Shown here: piece by piece, positions 18,877 to 28,821 of the stretch
How positions within the stretch are numbered: the stretch's first letter is position 1
Layout of the letters: every line of letters begins with the position of its first letter
Position numbers and translations under genes: made by a program
NCBI GenBank assembly: GCA_023954595.1
Contig: JAGSHJ010000001.1
Location: forward strand, 1-47,274
Direction: 5' to 3'
Origin: Bacteriovoracaceae bacterium
GTDB lineage: Bacteria; Bdellovibrionota; Bacteriovoracia; Bacteriovoracales; Bacteriovoracaceae
DNA: 47,274 nt
Notes under the pieces: generated by a model
Seen by the model: the letters and a program-made list of their open reading frames with translations, nothing else
Told to the model about the DNA's origin: nothing
Databases searched by the model: none

Positions 18877-19500
18877 CTAGTTTATTAAATTTTGAACTTC
18901 TTCTTCAATAGGTAGACGTTCTTGTCCCTGAGAAGGTTCATAGAAGTAATGTGATCTACATCTAGCTTCATATGCCTCAGTTTCACCCAATAGTACTGTA
19001 TCAGTTGAATCAGATAGTCTCTGACTTCTAGTGGCCGGTGAACCACAAATTGTACATATTGACTGAATTTTTTGAACATTATCAGCAAGAGCTAAAAGCA
19101 TTGGCATAGGACCAAATGGTACACCTCTATAGTCAAGATCAAGGCCTGCGCAGATAACGCGATAGCCTCTATCAGCAAGCTTACTTACAACCTTAACAAT
19201 ATCTTGGTCAAAGAACTGAATCTCATCAATCGCTACAACTCTAGTTGTATCTTTTAGATTCAGAAGAATATCAACGGCCTTCTCTACTGGTTCACTATGA
19301 ATGGCCTGATTAGAGTGGCTTACGACTTTGGTTTCATCATATCTAACATCAATGGCAGGCTTAAAAATTTGAATTCGCTGTTTGGCAATTTGTGCCCTTT
19401 TTACTCGACGAATAAGTTCCTCAGTTTTCCCAGAAAACATTGGACCGCAAACTAATTCAATAGAACCGTGATTGAACCCGTGATTAACCATAAATGACAT
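18877..19500 (-). CDS. tdk: thymidine kinase
   Basis: 207 aa. P-loop GPMFSGKTEELIRR and a C-terminal zinc ribbon (CTICGSPA...ARCRSH). Confidence 0.92.
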   Translation of the reverse strand: MSFMVNHGFNHGSIELVCGPMFSGKTEELIRRVKRAQIAKQRIQIFKPAIDVRYDETKVVSHSNQAIHSEPVEKAVDILLNLKDTTRVVAIDEIQFFDQDIVKVVSKLADRGYRVICAGLDLDYRGVPFGPMPMLLALADNVQKIQSICTICGSPATRSQRLSDSTDTVLLGETEAYEARCRSHYFYEPSQGQERLPIEEEVQNLIN

Positions 19501-19673
19501 TAACGCCTCTCTCTCAAAAATAGCTGGTGTGTGTGAGCTGGACTATTCCAAAATTTTCCATAAATGACAATTAGATGTAAGATTAAATAGGCCTATGAAT
19601 TTGCAAGATACTGTTTTTGCGTATTGAGAAATTTCATAGCGCGCGCGTTAAAAACAAATCTTATAGTGGTTTT

Positions 19674-20096
19674 ATGAAAATTTTGCAGAAATTATTTACA
19701 CCTCGTCCTTTTGTTCCTTACGAAATCTTCCAAGAAGATGGCCTTAAGGAGCTAGTTCATAACTTTTACCATGTAATGGAAAATGACCCACAGGCAGAAC
19801 AGTGCTTAAGAGTTCACGAACTCGTGGATGGAAAGGTTGAACAAGAAGTTAAGGATAAGCTTTTTGAATTTTTAAGTGGATGGATGGGTGGCCCTCAACT
19901 TTTTATTAAAAAGCATGGTCCTCCTAGGATGAGAGCTCGACACATGCATGTGAAAATAACCAAAGTGGAAAAAGAGCAATGGCTATTCTGTATCGACAAG
20001 GCCTTAGATATGAGTAGTAAGAAAATAAAGAAAAAACAACGAAAGATAATCTTCAACTCTTTCACGGCCCTGGCCATGAGAATTCAGAATATCTAG
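19674..20096 (+). CDS. truncated (2/2) haemoglobin, group II-like
   Basis: LVHNFYHVMENDPQAEQ...LFEFLSGWMGGPQLFIKKHGPPRMRARHMHVKITKVEKEQWLFCIDKAL fits the trHb pattern. I moved the start from the TTG at 19617 to the ATG at 19674 (about 140 aa). Confidence 0.7.
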   Translation: MKILQKLFTPRPFVPYEIFQEDGLKELVHNFYHVMENDPQAEQCLRVHELVDGKVEQEVKDKLFEFLSGWMGGPQLFIKKHGPPRMRARHMHVKITKVEKEQWLFCIDKALDMSSKKIKKKQRKIIFNSFTALAMRIQNI

Positions 20097-20716
20097 AGAG
20101 AGAATAAAAGAATTATAAAAGAAGCAAAGAACAAAAAGATTAGAATAGGAGTTAAAAGAACACAAAAAGTAAGTGCTCTTGAAAACTCCAGTTGTTCTCT
20201 GATACCAGCATACATTTGCACAAAATGAGCTGCCTTTTGAGCAAATTCTCCAAAAATAGGTACAATTAAAAGAATATGAGAACTAAGTGCAACTGATAAA
20301 ATAGTTTTCGTCTTTTTATCCACATCACCCTGTACGCCGGCAAGTGAAGCGTAAGACTTTAAAACAAACTCCCAAAACTGAATGATAAACATTGTGACCA
20401 ATGGATAGAAAATAACATCTAAAATAGAAGTCAGGATTAAGAAGTAAAATCCTGTAAAGCTATTCCCATCAATTATTCCACCAAGAAAAGCATTCTCAGG
20501 ATCTATCATCCCTAGAAACATAAAAATAACGAGGTTGATTAAAACAATACGGACAAGGCCTGCCACAACGACAAATACCCACGAGACACCTAAAGACTCA
20601 TATAGTCCAAGTGGCTTCACTCCAGAGTCCTGGTCTCCCCCAATCAACAACTGATGTGTCTTGAATGGATGTACAAGGTAGTAGAAATAATTGTGAAATA
20701 CTTCGGCAAGCTTCAT
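20093..20716 (-). CDS. hypothetical polytopic membrane protein (Yip1-like?)
   Basis: 207 aa, five hydrophobic segments. It is the last gene of the GldA/F/G-like ABC cluster. The family call is weak. Confidence 0.4.
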   Translation of the reverse strand: MKLAEVFHNYFYYLVHPFKTHQLLIGGDQDSGVKPLGLYESLGVSWVFVVVAGLVRIVLINLVIFMFLGMIDPENAFLGGIIDGNSFTGFYFLILTSILDVIFYPLVTMFIIQFWEFVLKSYASLAGVQGDVDKKTKTILSVALSSHILLIVPIFGEFAQKAAHFVQMYAGIREQLEFSRALTFCVLLTPILIFLFFASFIILLFSL

Positions 20717-20738
20717 GGGCTAAATTGTATATCTGAAA

Positions 20739-22121
20739 CTACTTGAAAGCAAAAAATAGCTTACTTTTAAGTTGCTCAACTTCTTCATTATCATAATAGA
20801 CATACTGAAGATTAGTCTTGGTATCCAGCATGACGATAGAGTCATGCTCTTTTGCAAAAACTAAGGTTCGCCCCAATACTTTCATCCAAATTTTGTTTTT
20901 AAGTGCTTTAATCAATGAAGCACTCTCTTTTGATGTTAATGCATTTATCATATCGGCCTGCTCAAAGCCATTATTAGCAAAAATGACGTTAAACAGGAGG
21001 TTGAAATAACTAAGGTCATTAATTTTTATATTTTTGTGATTTGTGGTTATTGAGAACTTTTTAATATCATCCACGACAAAGGAGTATAACTCTTTAGGGT
21101 CTTGCCCGAGTTCAAATTCAATTTTAGAAAGACTCTCTAAATCATGTGCTGAAAGATCAATTCTCTTATCCCAAAAGCTTTGGACGTTCTCAAAAAAGAA
21201 TCGCTGTCCCTCACTAATAATATAGGTTTTATCATCATCACTTCTTTTGAGAAAAAGCCCTTTATTGCCATTTCGAAGACCAAATAGAGTTAAGTTTAGA
21301 ACGCCTTCTTTCGTTGTGATTTCAACTTGTGAAAGTTGTTCATCCATAGAACTCTTATCTTCTTTGATAAAACGATCAAATTTTACTTTTTCAAGACTAT
21401 TAGCAATCGCTCTCCCGGCAGGCCTAATTCTAACTCCTTTGGGAGGTACTGGAAGTGATGTATTCTTGACGAGATCAAGTTCAAACCATCGATTCCTAGA
21501 ATTATCAATTCGTATTTTTTCAATACCAGCAATGAAGCTAGGAGATAATAGTTGTTTTTCAATTAGGTCAAAGGGTTTCGAGGAAATGAGATCTTTAAAA
21601 TCAAGGTACTTTCTAAGGTCTGCTTCTAGCTCATTTTGATAAAAACCTTCAAACAGTGAGGTGTCCTTTATCAAGTGAAGCTGTGCTTGCGCACCATCTA
21701 GGCCTTGCATATAGAAACTTCCTGTTAATTCGGAAACATCCCCTATTCTAAATTTGATATCCTGGTTAAACGTTTTAATTCTAACGAAGTGATCTTGGTG
21801 GGAAAAGAACTGAGAAAACTGCTCATTGGCAACTTTCAAAGTTTTAACAGAACGCAGCCCATTTAGTTTTTTTACTAGAAGTGCAAGTTTCGCTTCATTT
21901 ACCGGAAAGTTAAGCTCACCAACAACAAAATCATTATTCTTTTTTATAATCTTAGCGTTTGGTAACTCGAGTTCTAAAAGCTCAGCTAGTTTAAAACTAG
22001 CAACTTCAACACCAGAGACTTTTTGGCCAGTGCCACTTTTTTCAGTGTTATTAGATTCCAGCAACCAAGCAACGCCAACTAGAGAGAGGAAAGCTAATGC
22101 CAAAAGTGCATTTTTTTTCAC
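20739..22121 (-). CDS. DUF4340-like secreted protein of the GldG-type ABC cluster
   Basis: 460 aa with a signal peptide. Its position directly after a GldG-like gene is typical for DUF4340 proteins. The GTG start overlaps the upstream TGA (GTGA). Confidence 0.5.
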   Translation of the reverse strand: MKKNALLALAFLSLVGVAWLLESNNTEKSGTGQKVSGVEVASFKLAELLELELPNAKIIKKNNDFVVGELNFPVNEAKLALLVKKLNGLRSVKTLKVANEQFSQFFSHQDHFVRIKTFNQDIKFRIGDVSELTGSFYMQGLDGAQAQLHLIKDTSLFEGFYQNELEADLRKYLDFKDLISSKPFDLIEKQLLSPSFIAGIEKIRIDNSRNRWFELDLVKNTSLPVPPKGVRIRPAGRAIANSLEKVKFDRFIKEDKSSMDEQLSQVEITTKEGVLNLTLFGLRNGNKGLFLKRSDDDKTYIISEGQRFFFENVQSFWDKRIDLSAHDLESLSKIEFELGQDPKELYSFVVDDIKKFSITTNHKNIKINDLSYFNLLFNVIFANNGFEQADMINALTSKESASLIKALKNKIWMKVLGRTLVFAKEHDSIVMLDTKTNLQYVYYDNEEVEQLKSKLFFAFK

Positions 22122-23644
22122 TTATTAACCCTTTTTCTATAAACCCAAATACCTATTGCAAATAAGCAAAATGGAGAAAACAAAATTGAAAAGTAAAAGA
22201 TTAACGATATTTGCGGTGCAGAGAGTACAATCATATTATCACTAAGTGCAGGGCGATTTAGACTTATAAGCCCTTCATCGTCTACAAGCCATGAGAGTGT
22301 ATTCATGAACAAGTTGAAGTTTGAGCTTTGATTTTGGTAGGAGTTATTTACAAACTCTACACTTGCACTTACTGCCAACTTTCCAAAGTCTTTTGAATTC
22401 TCAGTAACAGCCAAAAGTCCTACAGGACCTTTTAAATCAAGTCCTTTAGTATAGTAAACCTTTCCTGAGTTTATATCTTTTAATTGCGACTCCGCCCAAC
22501 TTGCTGGAAATGGAGAGCTCATCGCCAAAGCGTGGTAGCTTGTATTCTTAACCTTTACAGATTCTAGTGCTGCACTCAATGGGAACAAGGTTCGTCCAGT
22601 AAACTTATTTGTAACAGAGTGCTCGTGGTTATAACGATTTACAATTGGGATCGTTGCATTTGCTCCCTGAACTGCTGATAAGCGATCTAGAACTAAAGCA
22701 TTATGATGCTTAATCCCTCTTTTTTCCAATACCGCTCTAAGATTTGAGAGGTCCGTGGTTTGAAAGTTAGGTCCCAAAAGAAGAAAGACATTGCCTCCTC
22801 TATTTAGGTACTTTTCAAAGAGTTCGACTTCAAGATCCATAAATCCTTTCACTGGACCTAGAGATAATACTGCATCCGCATCAGCTGGAATTCGATCAAC
22901 TTTCAAAGTATCAAGCGGCTTCAGATTGTATGAGCCATTATTTAATATTTTAAATAAGTAACTTCCACCTTCTGGTTTTTCATTGAAGGGCTCAAGCTCT
23001 CCGTGTCCTGTGGTATAGTAGATATTTAGTGACTTTGATCTCAAGGATTTAATTAATAAGTTTGTAACAGACAATTCCGACTCAGCAGAAGACTTAAAGC
23101 TCTTGCCTTGTTTTTTCAGAACGACAGTTCCACTTTTTTCAATATTATTTAATTTTGTCAGAGACGGATTTGACTCTATATCTACGGCGTTAACTTTTAT
23201 TTTTTTATTTAAGTTTCTATACTGCCCAAGTAGTGGAAGAAATCGGTCCCATTCTGAGCGTTTTGCAAAGAGGACCATTTCTAGTTCTTCATCAACCTGG
23301 GATGCAACTTCCTTAGATTGTTCAGATAACGTATGTAATTTTGAGCTCGTCAGATCAAATTTAAATGAGCTTTTAACCCCTATATAGTTCACAATACTCA
23401 AGATACAAATAACAAGAAAGATCCGAACTCCAGTAACGAGGCTCATTCTTACTTTTTTGCGCTTAAGAAACTGTAGAATCTTTTTATAAAAGACAGCAAT
23501 CATCAAAGCACTCAGACCAATAGCACTTCCCAGCAATGCTCGATTTAAAAGGGCGTACTCTTGAGCGACTGTAAACATCACTGCGTTAATAATCCACAAT
23601 GAGAAGACAATAAAAAACCAAGCTTTTAAAATAAATGATTTCAT
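22118..23644 (-). CDS. GldG-like auxiliary component of an ABC-2 transporter
   Basis: N- and C-terminal TM anchors flank a large periplasmic domain, and the gene follows an ABC-2 permease. I moved the start to the ATG at 23644 (MKSFILKAW...), which overlaps the permease TAA (TAATG). Confidence 0.65.
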   Translation of the reverse strand: MKSFILKAWFFIVFSLWIINAVMFTVAQEYALLNRALLGSAIGLSALMIAVFYKKILQFLKRKKVRMSLVTGVRIFLVICILSIVNYIGVKSSFKFDLTSSKLHTLSEQSKEVASQVDEELEMVLFAKRSEWDRFLPLLGQYRNLNKKIKVNAVDIESNPSLTKLNNIEKSGTVVLKKQGKSFKSSAESELSVTNLLIKSLRSKSLNIYYTTGHGELEPFNEKPEGGSYLFKILNNGSYNLKPLDTLKVDRIPADADAVLSLGPVKGFMDLEVELFEKYLNRGGNVFLLLGPNFQTTDLSNLRAVLEKRGIKHHNALVLDRLSAVQGANATIPIVNRYNHEHSVTNKFTGRTLFPLSAALESVKVKNTSYHALAMSSPFPASWAESQLKDINSGKVYYTKGLDLKGPVGLLAVTENSKDFGKLAVSASVEFVNNSYQNQSSNFNLFMNTLSWLVDDEGLISLNRPALSDNMIVLSAPQISLIFYFSILFSPFCLFAIGIWVYRKRVNK

Positions 23645-24402
23645 TACCATGCCCTCGATTCCAAAGACTTCTTGGAGCAATACAACCAAAAACCCGTAAA
23701 AGTAATATAGTAAATAAGGCTGTGAGTTCCAAATATGCCTTTAACTAGGTTTTCATAGTGACTGACCATTGTTGCCTGCTTAAGAATTTCTACTAAAAAG
23801 TAATTAGAAGAAAGTTGAATAACCCAAGAGATAAGCCAGAAGCCAAGGATAATAACAAAGCTAAACAGAGCAGCTATAATTTGGCTTCTTGTTATTGAAG
23901 AAGCAAAAAGCCCAATCGATAAGTAGCAAGCAAGATTTAGAAATAGACCAAGATAACCTGAGATCGAGAATGAGTAGTCCTCTACTCCCGCCATAACAGC
24001 TATCACTGGGAATACAAACGTTGTTGATAAAATAAATACACCCATTAGAAACGAGGCAAAAAACTTGCCCAAGACTAGTTGCCAATCAGTTATAGGTGAA
24101 GAGAAATAGATATCAATAGATTGATCTTTTTTTTCTTCAGAGAACATCTTCATAGTTAATATTGGGCATATCATTAATAAGAGAAAATTCAGATTCCCAA
24201 AAAGCTTTATAACTACATGGTTAACAAATTGTAGCTCTCCCCCACCAGGTCCTTGTGGTAGTGCCTGAATGTTTTCAACAAAGCTATAAAGCAAGTTAAA
24301 AAAGATCCAGCCCATCACAAGGCTAAACAAACCGGCCAAGACATAGGCAAGTGGCGATTTGAAAAAAGACTTCAGTTCTTTTTTAAATATTAAATAAATC
24401 AA
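23644..24402 (-). CDS. ABC-2 type transporter permease (GldF-like)
   Basis: 252 aa, six TM segments. IFKKELKSFFKSPLAYV is the typical ABC-2/GldF N-terminus. Apparent TTG start overlapping the ATPase TGA. Confidence 0.75.
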   Translation of the reverse strand: MIYLIFKKELKSFFKSPLAYVLAGLFSLVMGWIFFNLLYSFVENIQALPQGPGGGELQFVNHVVIKLFGNLNFLLLMICPILTMKMFSEEKKDQSIDIYFSSPITDWQLVLGKFFASFLMGVFILSTTFVFPVIAVMAGVEDYSFSISGYLGLFLNLACYLSIGLFASSITRSQIIAALFSFVIILGFWLISWVIQLSSNYFLVEILKQATMVSHYENLVKGIFGTHSLIYYITFTGFWLYCSKKSLESRAW

Positions 24403-25334
24403 CGCTCGTTCCTTTTAACAACTTCAAAAAAGATTTTCTCAAGATCAGGCTTCTCTTGTGTCATTTCCAAAAGTCCTAACTTTTGTTCCACCATGAATCG
24501 GCTTATCTCTTCCCTATTATCTACTAACGAGTCGGCCAAAACCTTAATGTAGAAGCCATCACTCTTTTGCTCAACAAGAGCATTCTCAACAAATGGATAC
24601 TTTTGTAAAAGGGCCAAGGAGTCCTCGCTCAAGGACTTAGTGACAATATTTATGACAGTCTTTTCAGACAGACTGTTTTGAATCTCATTAATTGGAGCGG
24701 ATACCATCAGTTTTCCGTTTGCGATAATTGTCACATCATCACAAATTAAATCCGCCTCTCTTAGAAGGTGACTTGAGAACAATACAGTATGCTCATCTTT
24801 AAGCCCTCGTATCAACTCTCGCATTTCCATTACGGCCTGTGGATCAAGCCCCGATGTTGGCTCATCTAAAATAACAATTTCTGGGTTATGTACAATTGCT
24901 TGAGCAACTCCAAACTTTTGCTTATAGCCTTTAGAGAGATTTCCAAGAAGCCTATTTTCAAAATTCTGAAGACCCAACTTCTCAAGAACAAAGTCTACAC
25001 GTTCTTTAAGGTCTTTTTTCGAAACTGTTCGTAGTCTTGCAACGTACTCTAGGTACTCTCTGCCTTCCATGTCCATAAATAGAGGGGGAGTTTCCAAAAG
25101 GATGCCTATCTTCTTTTTAATTTCACGAGGATTCTCACTCACATCAACTGAGTCTATGAGAACTCTACCGGAGTCTGGAGGTAGAAGTGCCGCCAACATT
25201 TTCATTGTTGTAGTCTTCCCAGCACCATTTGGTCCCAGAAAGCCATGAACAGCACCCTTTTTAACTTTAAAACTTAAGTTATCTACGGCCAAATGGTCGC
25301 CATAAAACCTTGTAATTTGATCAACTTCTATCAT
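24399..25334 (-). CDS. ABC transporter ATP-binding protein (GldA-like)
   Basis: Walker A GPNGAGKTT, signature LSKGYKQK and Walker B ILDEPTSGLD. I moved the start from the TTG at 25400 to the ATG at 25334 (MIEVDQITRFYG). Confidence 0.88.
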   Translation of the reverse strand: MIEVDQITRFYGDHLAVDNLSFKVKKGAVHGFLGPNGAGKTTTMKMLAALLPPDSGRVLIDSVDVSENPREIKKKIGILLETPPLFMDMEGREYLEYVARLRTVSKKDLKERVDFVLEKLGLQNFENRLLGNLSKGYKQKFGVAQAIVHNPEIVILDEPTSGLDPQAVMEMRELIRGLKDEHTVLFSSHLLREADLICDDVTIIANGKLMVSAPINEIQNSLSEKTVINIVTKSLSEDSLALLQKYPFVENALVEQKSDGFYIKVLADSLVDNREEISRFMVEQKLGLLEMTQEKPDLEKIFFEVVKRNER

Positions 25335-25480
25335 TTTTTCACTTATGTTGTTGTTTATGGAAATACTAACGACAAAAAAACAATAAGTGAACGCTTCCAA
25401 TAGGCTTTAAATTCCTGAGTACAAGACTAGGGCAAATAAAGTGGTTTATTTTCCTTGCGACATAACCGATAAATATAACT

Positions 25481-26476
25481 ATGGAAATGTACAAAAAATT
25501 TAAAAAGGCCATCGATCAGGCCCAAAACATCGTTATCTCTACACACCTCTTTCCCGATGCCGATGGCATAGGAAGTGAGATCAGTCTGTGTTTGGCCTTA
25601 AACAAGTTTGGAAAAAACGCTATTTGTTGTAATCAAGAGCGTCTTCTAGAACGATACAAATATCTGGACCCACAGGACCTAGTTATTGGATTGGAAGACT
25701 TGGAAGAGCGTTACCCACAAAAGCCTGATCTTGTAATTGTGGTCGACACAAATACTGTTTACAGAACAGGTGAGCGCTTTAGGGAGTATGTTGAAGAACA
25801 AGGCTGTCCAGTTTTTTACATTGACCACCACCCTTGCGCAGAATCCTTACAAGATGATAACTGCATTGACACAACAGCGGCAGCAACTGGTCAACTCGTA
25901 GGAGAGCTAATTAAACTTCTGGGTATAAAGTTTGATCAAGAAATCGCGCTACCTCTGTATACTGCAATTTTAATTGATACAAGTTCATTTCGATATCCAA
26001 CAGTTACCGCTCAAACCCACCGATTAATCGCCGATCTTATGGACACAGGCATCGAGCCACCTCTTGCTTACAATGGCATTTATGGAACGAAAAAAATCGA
26101 GCATATGCACCTTCTTGGAAACGTGTTGGCCAGTGCTGACTGCAACAAATCAGAAGAGATCGCATGGTTAGTATTAAAGCGTGAAGAGATGGAAAAATTC
26201 AATATTGATATTGAAGACACCCACGCATTCATTAATCACCTACTAATATTAGATAATATCAAAGTCGCTTGTATGTTTAGAGATGAAGGCAAACAACTAA
26301 AAGTATCACTTCGTTCAACTGGAGTCGTCGATGTTGGCCTTATTGCAGTACAACTTGGTGGCGGTGGACACAGTCACTCAGCAGCTACGTTAATCAATAA
26401 AAGTGATGATAAATCTCTAGAAGAAATTATAAAGGCAACAGTTGAGAGAATTGAAAATTGCCTTAGTAATGTTTAA
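25481..26476 (+). CDS. nrnA: DHH/DHHA1 phosphoesterase (NrnA-type oligoribonuclease / pAp phosphatase)
   Basis: 331 aa. HLFPDADGIGS, VVDTN, IDHH and the DHHA1 motif GGGGHSHSAA. Confidence 0.8.
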   Translation: MEMYKKFKKAIDQAQNIVISTHLFPDADGIGSEISLCLALNKFGKNAICCNQERLLERYKYLDPQDLVIGLEDLEERYPQKPDLVIVVDTNTVYRTGERFREYVEEQGCPVFYIDHHPCAESLQDDNCIDTTAAATGQLVGELIKLLGIKFDQEIALPLYTAILIDTSSFRYPTVTAQTHRLIADLMDTGIEPPLAYNGIYGTKKIEHMHLLGNVLASADCNKSEEIAWLVLKREEMEKFNIDIEDTHAFINHLLILDNIKVACMFRDEGKQLKVSLRSTGVVDVGLIAVQLGGGGHSHSAATLINKSDDKSLEEIIKATVERIENCLSNV

Positions 26477-27365
26477 TTTGAATAACAACTGAACCCAAAA
26501 GTAAAAGTGCTCCACCCACCAGTTGGATTGGAGTCAACGTTGCGTTTAGGAAAAGCCAGTTCACAATTACGGCCATGAATGGAAAGAACATTTCAGCTAG
26601 AGAACAAGCACGAGCTGAAACCTTTCGCAATCCTTGATAGAAGATGTACATGGCCAATACTCCACTTATGAAAACCATAAGTGAGATCTTTCCATAGACT
26701 TCCACTGGGTGGCTAAAAACTTGAAGATCGAATCCTACAAACGGAAGAAGTGCCACAAGTCCCATTAGAAATCTTCCGGACATTATCTGTTCATTGGTAT
26801 AGCCTTCAAGACTCAACTTTTTACCAAAAACAGTAGCAGCTCCCCACCCTATAACTGAAAATATCGTCAAGATATAGCCTTGAGGTGCACCTGGATGAAA
26901 AAAGATATTCCCCATCGTTTTTGGAGCATCTATTAAACTTACAATATCTTCATAACTAATGAGTGCCGCCCCCACTAAAGAAATCGCGGCCCAAAAGACA
27001 AAGTACTTATTGATCTTCTCTTTAAGAACCCATGAGGCCAAAGCAATTGCGGCCACTGGCTGAAACTTCTGTAAAAGAATAACGAGTGACGGGTTTAAAA
27101 ACACAAAAGCTCTAGTAAAGGCAAGTGTCGCCAGTACAGAACCAACTCCACCGACCATAAAGAAGTAAAAGAAATGAGATGGTTTAGCGTTCCACACCTT
27201 TTTCAATGATTTAAAAAAGACAATGGAGAAAACAATAGTGAGAATGAGGTGTTCGTAAAATACTATAGATAAGGCAGAAACACCCTCTCCGATAAGAGGG
27301 TAACGGATCAAGGTATCCAGCGCCCATAAGGCGCAGGCTACCATTATAAAGAGAATCCCTACCAA
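26463..27365 (-). CDS. EamA/DMT-family transporter
   Basis: 300 aa, about 10 TM segments arranged as two EamA-like halves. Confidence 0.7.
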   Translation of the reverse strand: MVGILFIMVACALWALDTLIRYPLIGEGVSALSIVFYEHLILTIVFSIVFFKSLKKVWNAKPSHFFYFFMVGGVGSVLATLAFTRAFVFLNPSLVILLQKFQPVAAIALASWVLKEKINKYFVFWAAISLVGAALISYEDIVSLIDAPKTMGNIFFHPGAPQGYILTIFSVIGWGAATVFGKKLSLEGYTNEQIMSGRFLMGLVALLPFVGFDLQVFSHPVEVYGKISLMVFISGVLAMYIFYQGLRKVSARACSLAEMFFPFMAVIVNWLFLNATLTPIQLVGGALLLLGSVVIQIKHY

Positions 27366-28723
27366 AATAATTCCTTGTCGGATTCAACTAATTCGTCAAA
27401 AACTGCCCTGGCCTTTTCTGCGGCTAACTGCTTCTTGATCTTCTTACGCTTTGGATTTTTTCTCTGTTCTTTATTTAGAGCAATAGTTGGTAGAAGCCCA
27501 AAGTTAATATTAGAAGGTACCGGCTTTGGAGCAGTCATGATGTAGTTAATCAGTGCTCCGATTCCAGTTTCAATAGGAAAAGGTATAGACGCCTTGCCTT
27601 GCATTTTTCTGTAAACTTGTGCCGCAACATAAAGACCCATCGATGCACTTTCAGTATAACCTTCCACACCAGTGATCTGACCTGCAAAGCTTAAACAAGG
27701 ATACTCTTTGCTACTTAAATCAAAGTTCAGAAGCTTTCTACTATTTAGAAAAGAGTTTCTATGGACAGAGCCTAAATGTGGGAAGCTTGCTTTTTCAAAT
27801 CCAGGAATTGTTCTAAATACCCTTAGTTGTTCTTTATAAGTTAGCCTTGTCTGGAATCCAACAAGATTAAAAGCGCTACCTAAAAGGTTTTCTTTTCTTA
27901 ACTGTACTACTGCAAAAGGTGCAGTCCCATCTTCCATCTTAAGCCCAATAGGCTTCATGCATGAAAAACGAGGAGTATCCACTCCACGCTCTGCCATCAA
28001 ATCAACAGGGAGACATGCCTCGAAGAACTTGTACTCTTCAAAAGATTGCGCAGGCACTTTGTCTGCATTTCTTAGCTCTTCAATGAAAGCATAGTATTGC
28101 TCTTCATTCATCGGAGCGTTTAAATAATCAGCCGACTCATCGGCCTCTTTATGACGATCTTTGAAGTATAACTTTGAATAATCAAGAGTGTCAGCGTCTA
28201 CAACTGGCGCGATTGCATCATAGAAATAAAAATCTTCTTTCCCAATGTTTGCAACAATCCAATCACTTAGCTTTTCAGTCGTTAAAGGTCCGGTAGCGAC
28301 AATAACCTGATCACAGCCATATTCTTTCATCATGGCCAGAGGGTCTTGTGCTTCGGCCTCAACAACCTCAATATTTTTATGGTCTTTTAATTTTTTGGTA
28401 ATGATTCTTGAGAAGTTTTCACGATCAACTGCCAATGCATCCCCTGCAGGAACTTTGGCCTCGTAACCAGACTCAAGAACAATCGAGCCCAACGCCTTCA
28501 TTTCATATTTCAGAAGTCCATGTCCAGATGATGGCTCCATTGATTTCAAAGAGTTTGTACAAACAAGCTCTGCAAAATCATTAATTTTCTGTGAGGGATT
28601 GCGTTGAATGGTCTTATTTTCAACTAATATGACCTTTATGTCTCTCTTGGCCAAGTACATTGCTGCTTCTGAACCAGCAAGCCCTGCCCCTACGACTAAA
28701 ACTTTTCCTAAACTATTATTCAT
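27359..28723 (-). CDS. trmFO: methylenetetrahydrofolate--tRNA-(uracil54-C5)-methyltransferase
   Basis: 454 aa. FAD motif VVGAGLAGSEAA and Gid/TrmFO-type conserved blocks (CTNSLKS, FAGQITGVEGYTES). Confidence 0.9.
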   Translation of the reverse strand: MNNSLGKVLVVGAGLAGSEAAMYLAKRDIKVILVENKTIQRNPSQKINDFAELVCTNSLKSMEPSSGHGLLKYEMKALGSIVLESGYEAKVPAGDALAVDRENFSRIITKKLKDHKNIEVVEAEAQDPLAMMKEYGCDQVIVATGPLTTEKLSDWIVANIGKEDFYFYDAIAPVVDADTLDYSKLYFKDRHKEADESADYLNAPMNEEQYYAFIEELRNADKVPAQSFEEYKFFEACLPVDLMAERGVDTPRFSCMKPIGLKMEDGTAPFAVVQLRKENLLGSAFNLVGFQTRLTYKEQLRVFRTIPGFEKASFPHLGSVHRNSFLNSRKLLNFDLSSKEYPCLSFAGQITGVEGYTESASMGLYVAAQVYRKMQGKASIPFPIETGIGALINYIMTAPKPVPSNINFGLLPTIALNKEQRKNPKRKKIKKQLAAEKARAVFDELVESDKELFW

Positions 28724-28821
28724 CCTGTAAAACTTTGCTTTAAGGGTTTATAATTACTAGTGTAATTGGCCGCAAAACTACCCTATGTCTAGCATTGAGT
28801 CAACAACAAGGAAATTTATCT

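Noticed and set aside
18865-18880. TTCGAATC, a T-loop-like tRNA motif, occurs in the hpt-tdk spacer.
   Set aside because: The flanking sequence is A/T-rich and has no acceptor, D-stem or anticodon-stem complementarity. It is not a tRNA.
19639-19647. An alternating GCGCGCGCG tract lies in an otherwise AT-rich promoter region upstream of the globin gene.
   Set aside because: It is a single short occurrence with no second copy or dyad partner in the window, so I cannot distinguish it from chance. At most it is a minor curiosity.
21247-21639. A 130-aa plus-strand ORF lies inside the DUF4340-like gene. Similar antisense ORFs occur at 12556..12912, 3939..4184, 23103..23387, 39469..39750 and elsewhere.
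   Set aside because: All are fully embedded antisense to longer ORFs that have clear family motifs or an operon context. They have no start context and low-complexity or odd composition.
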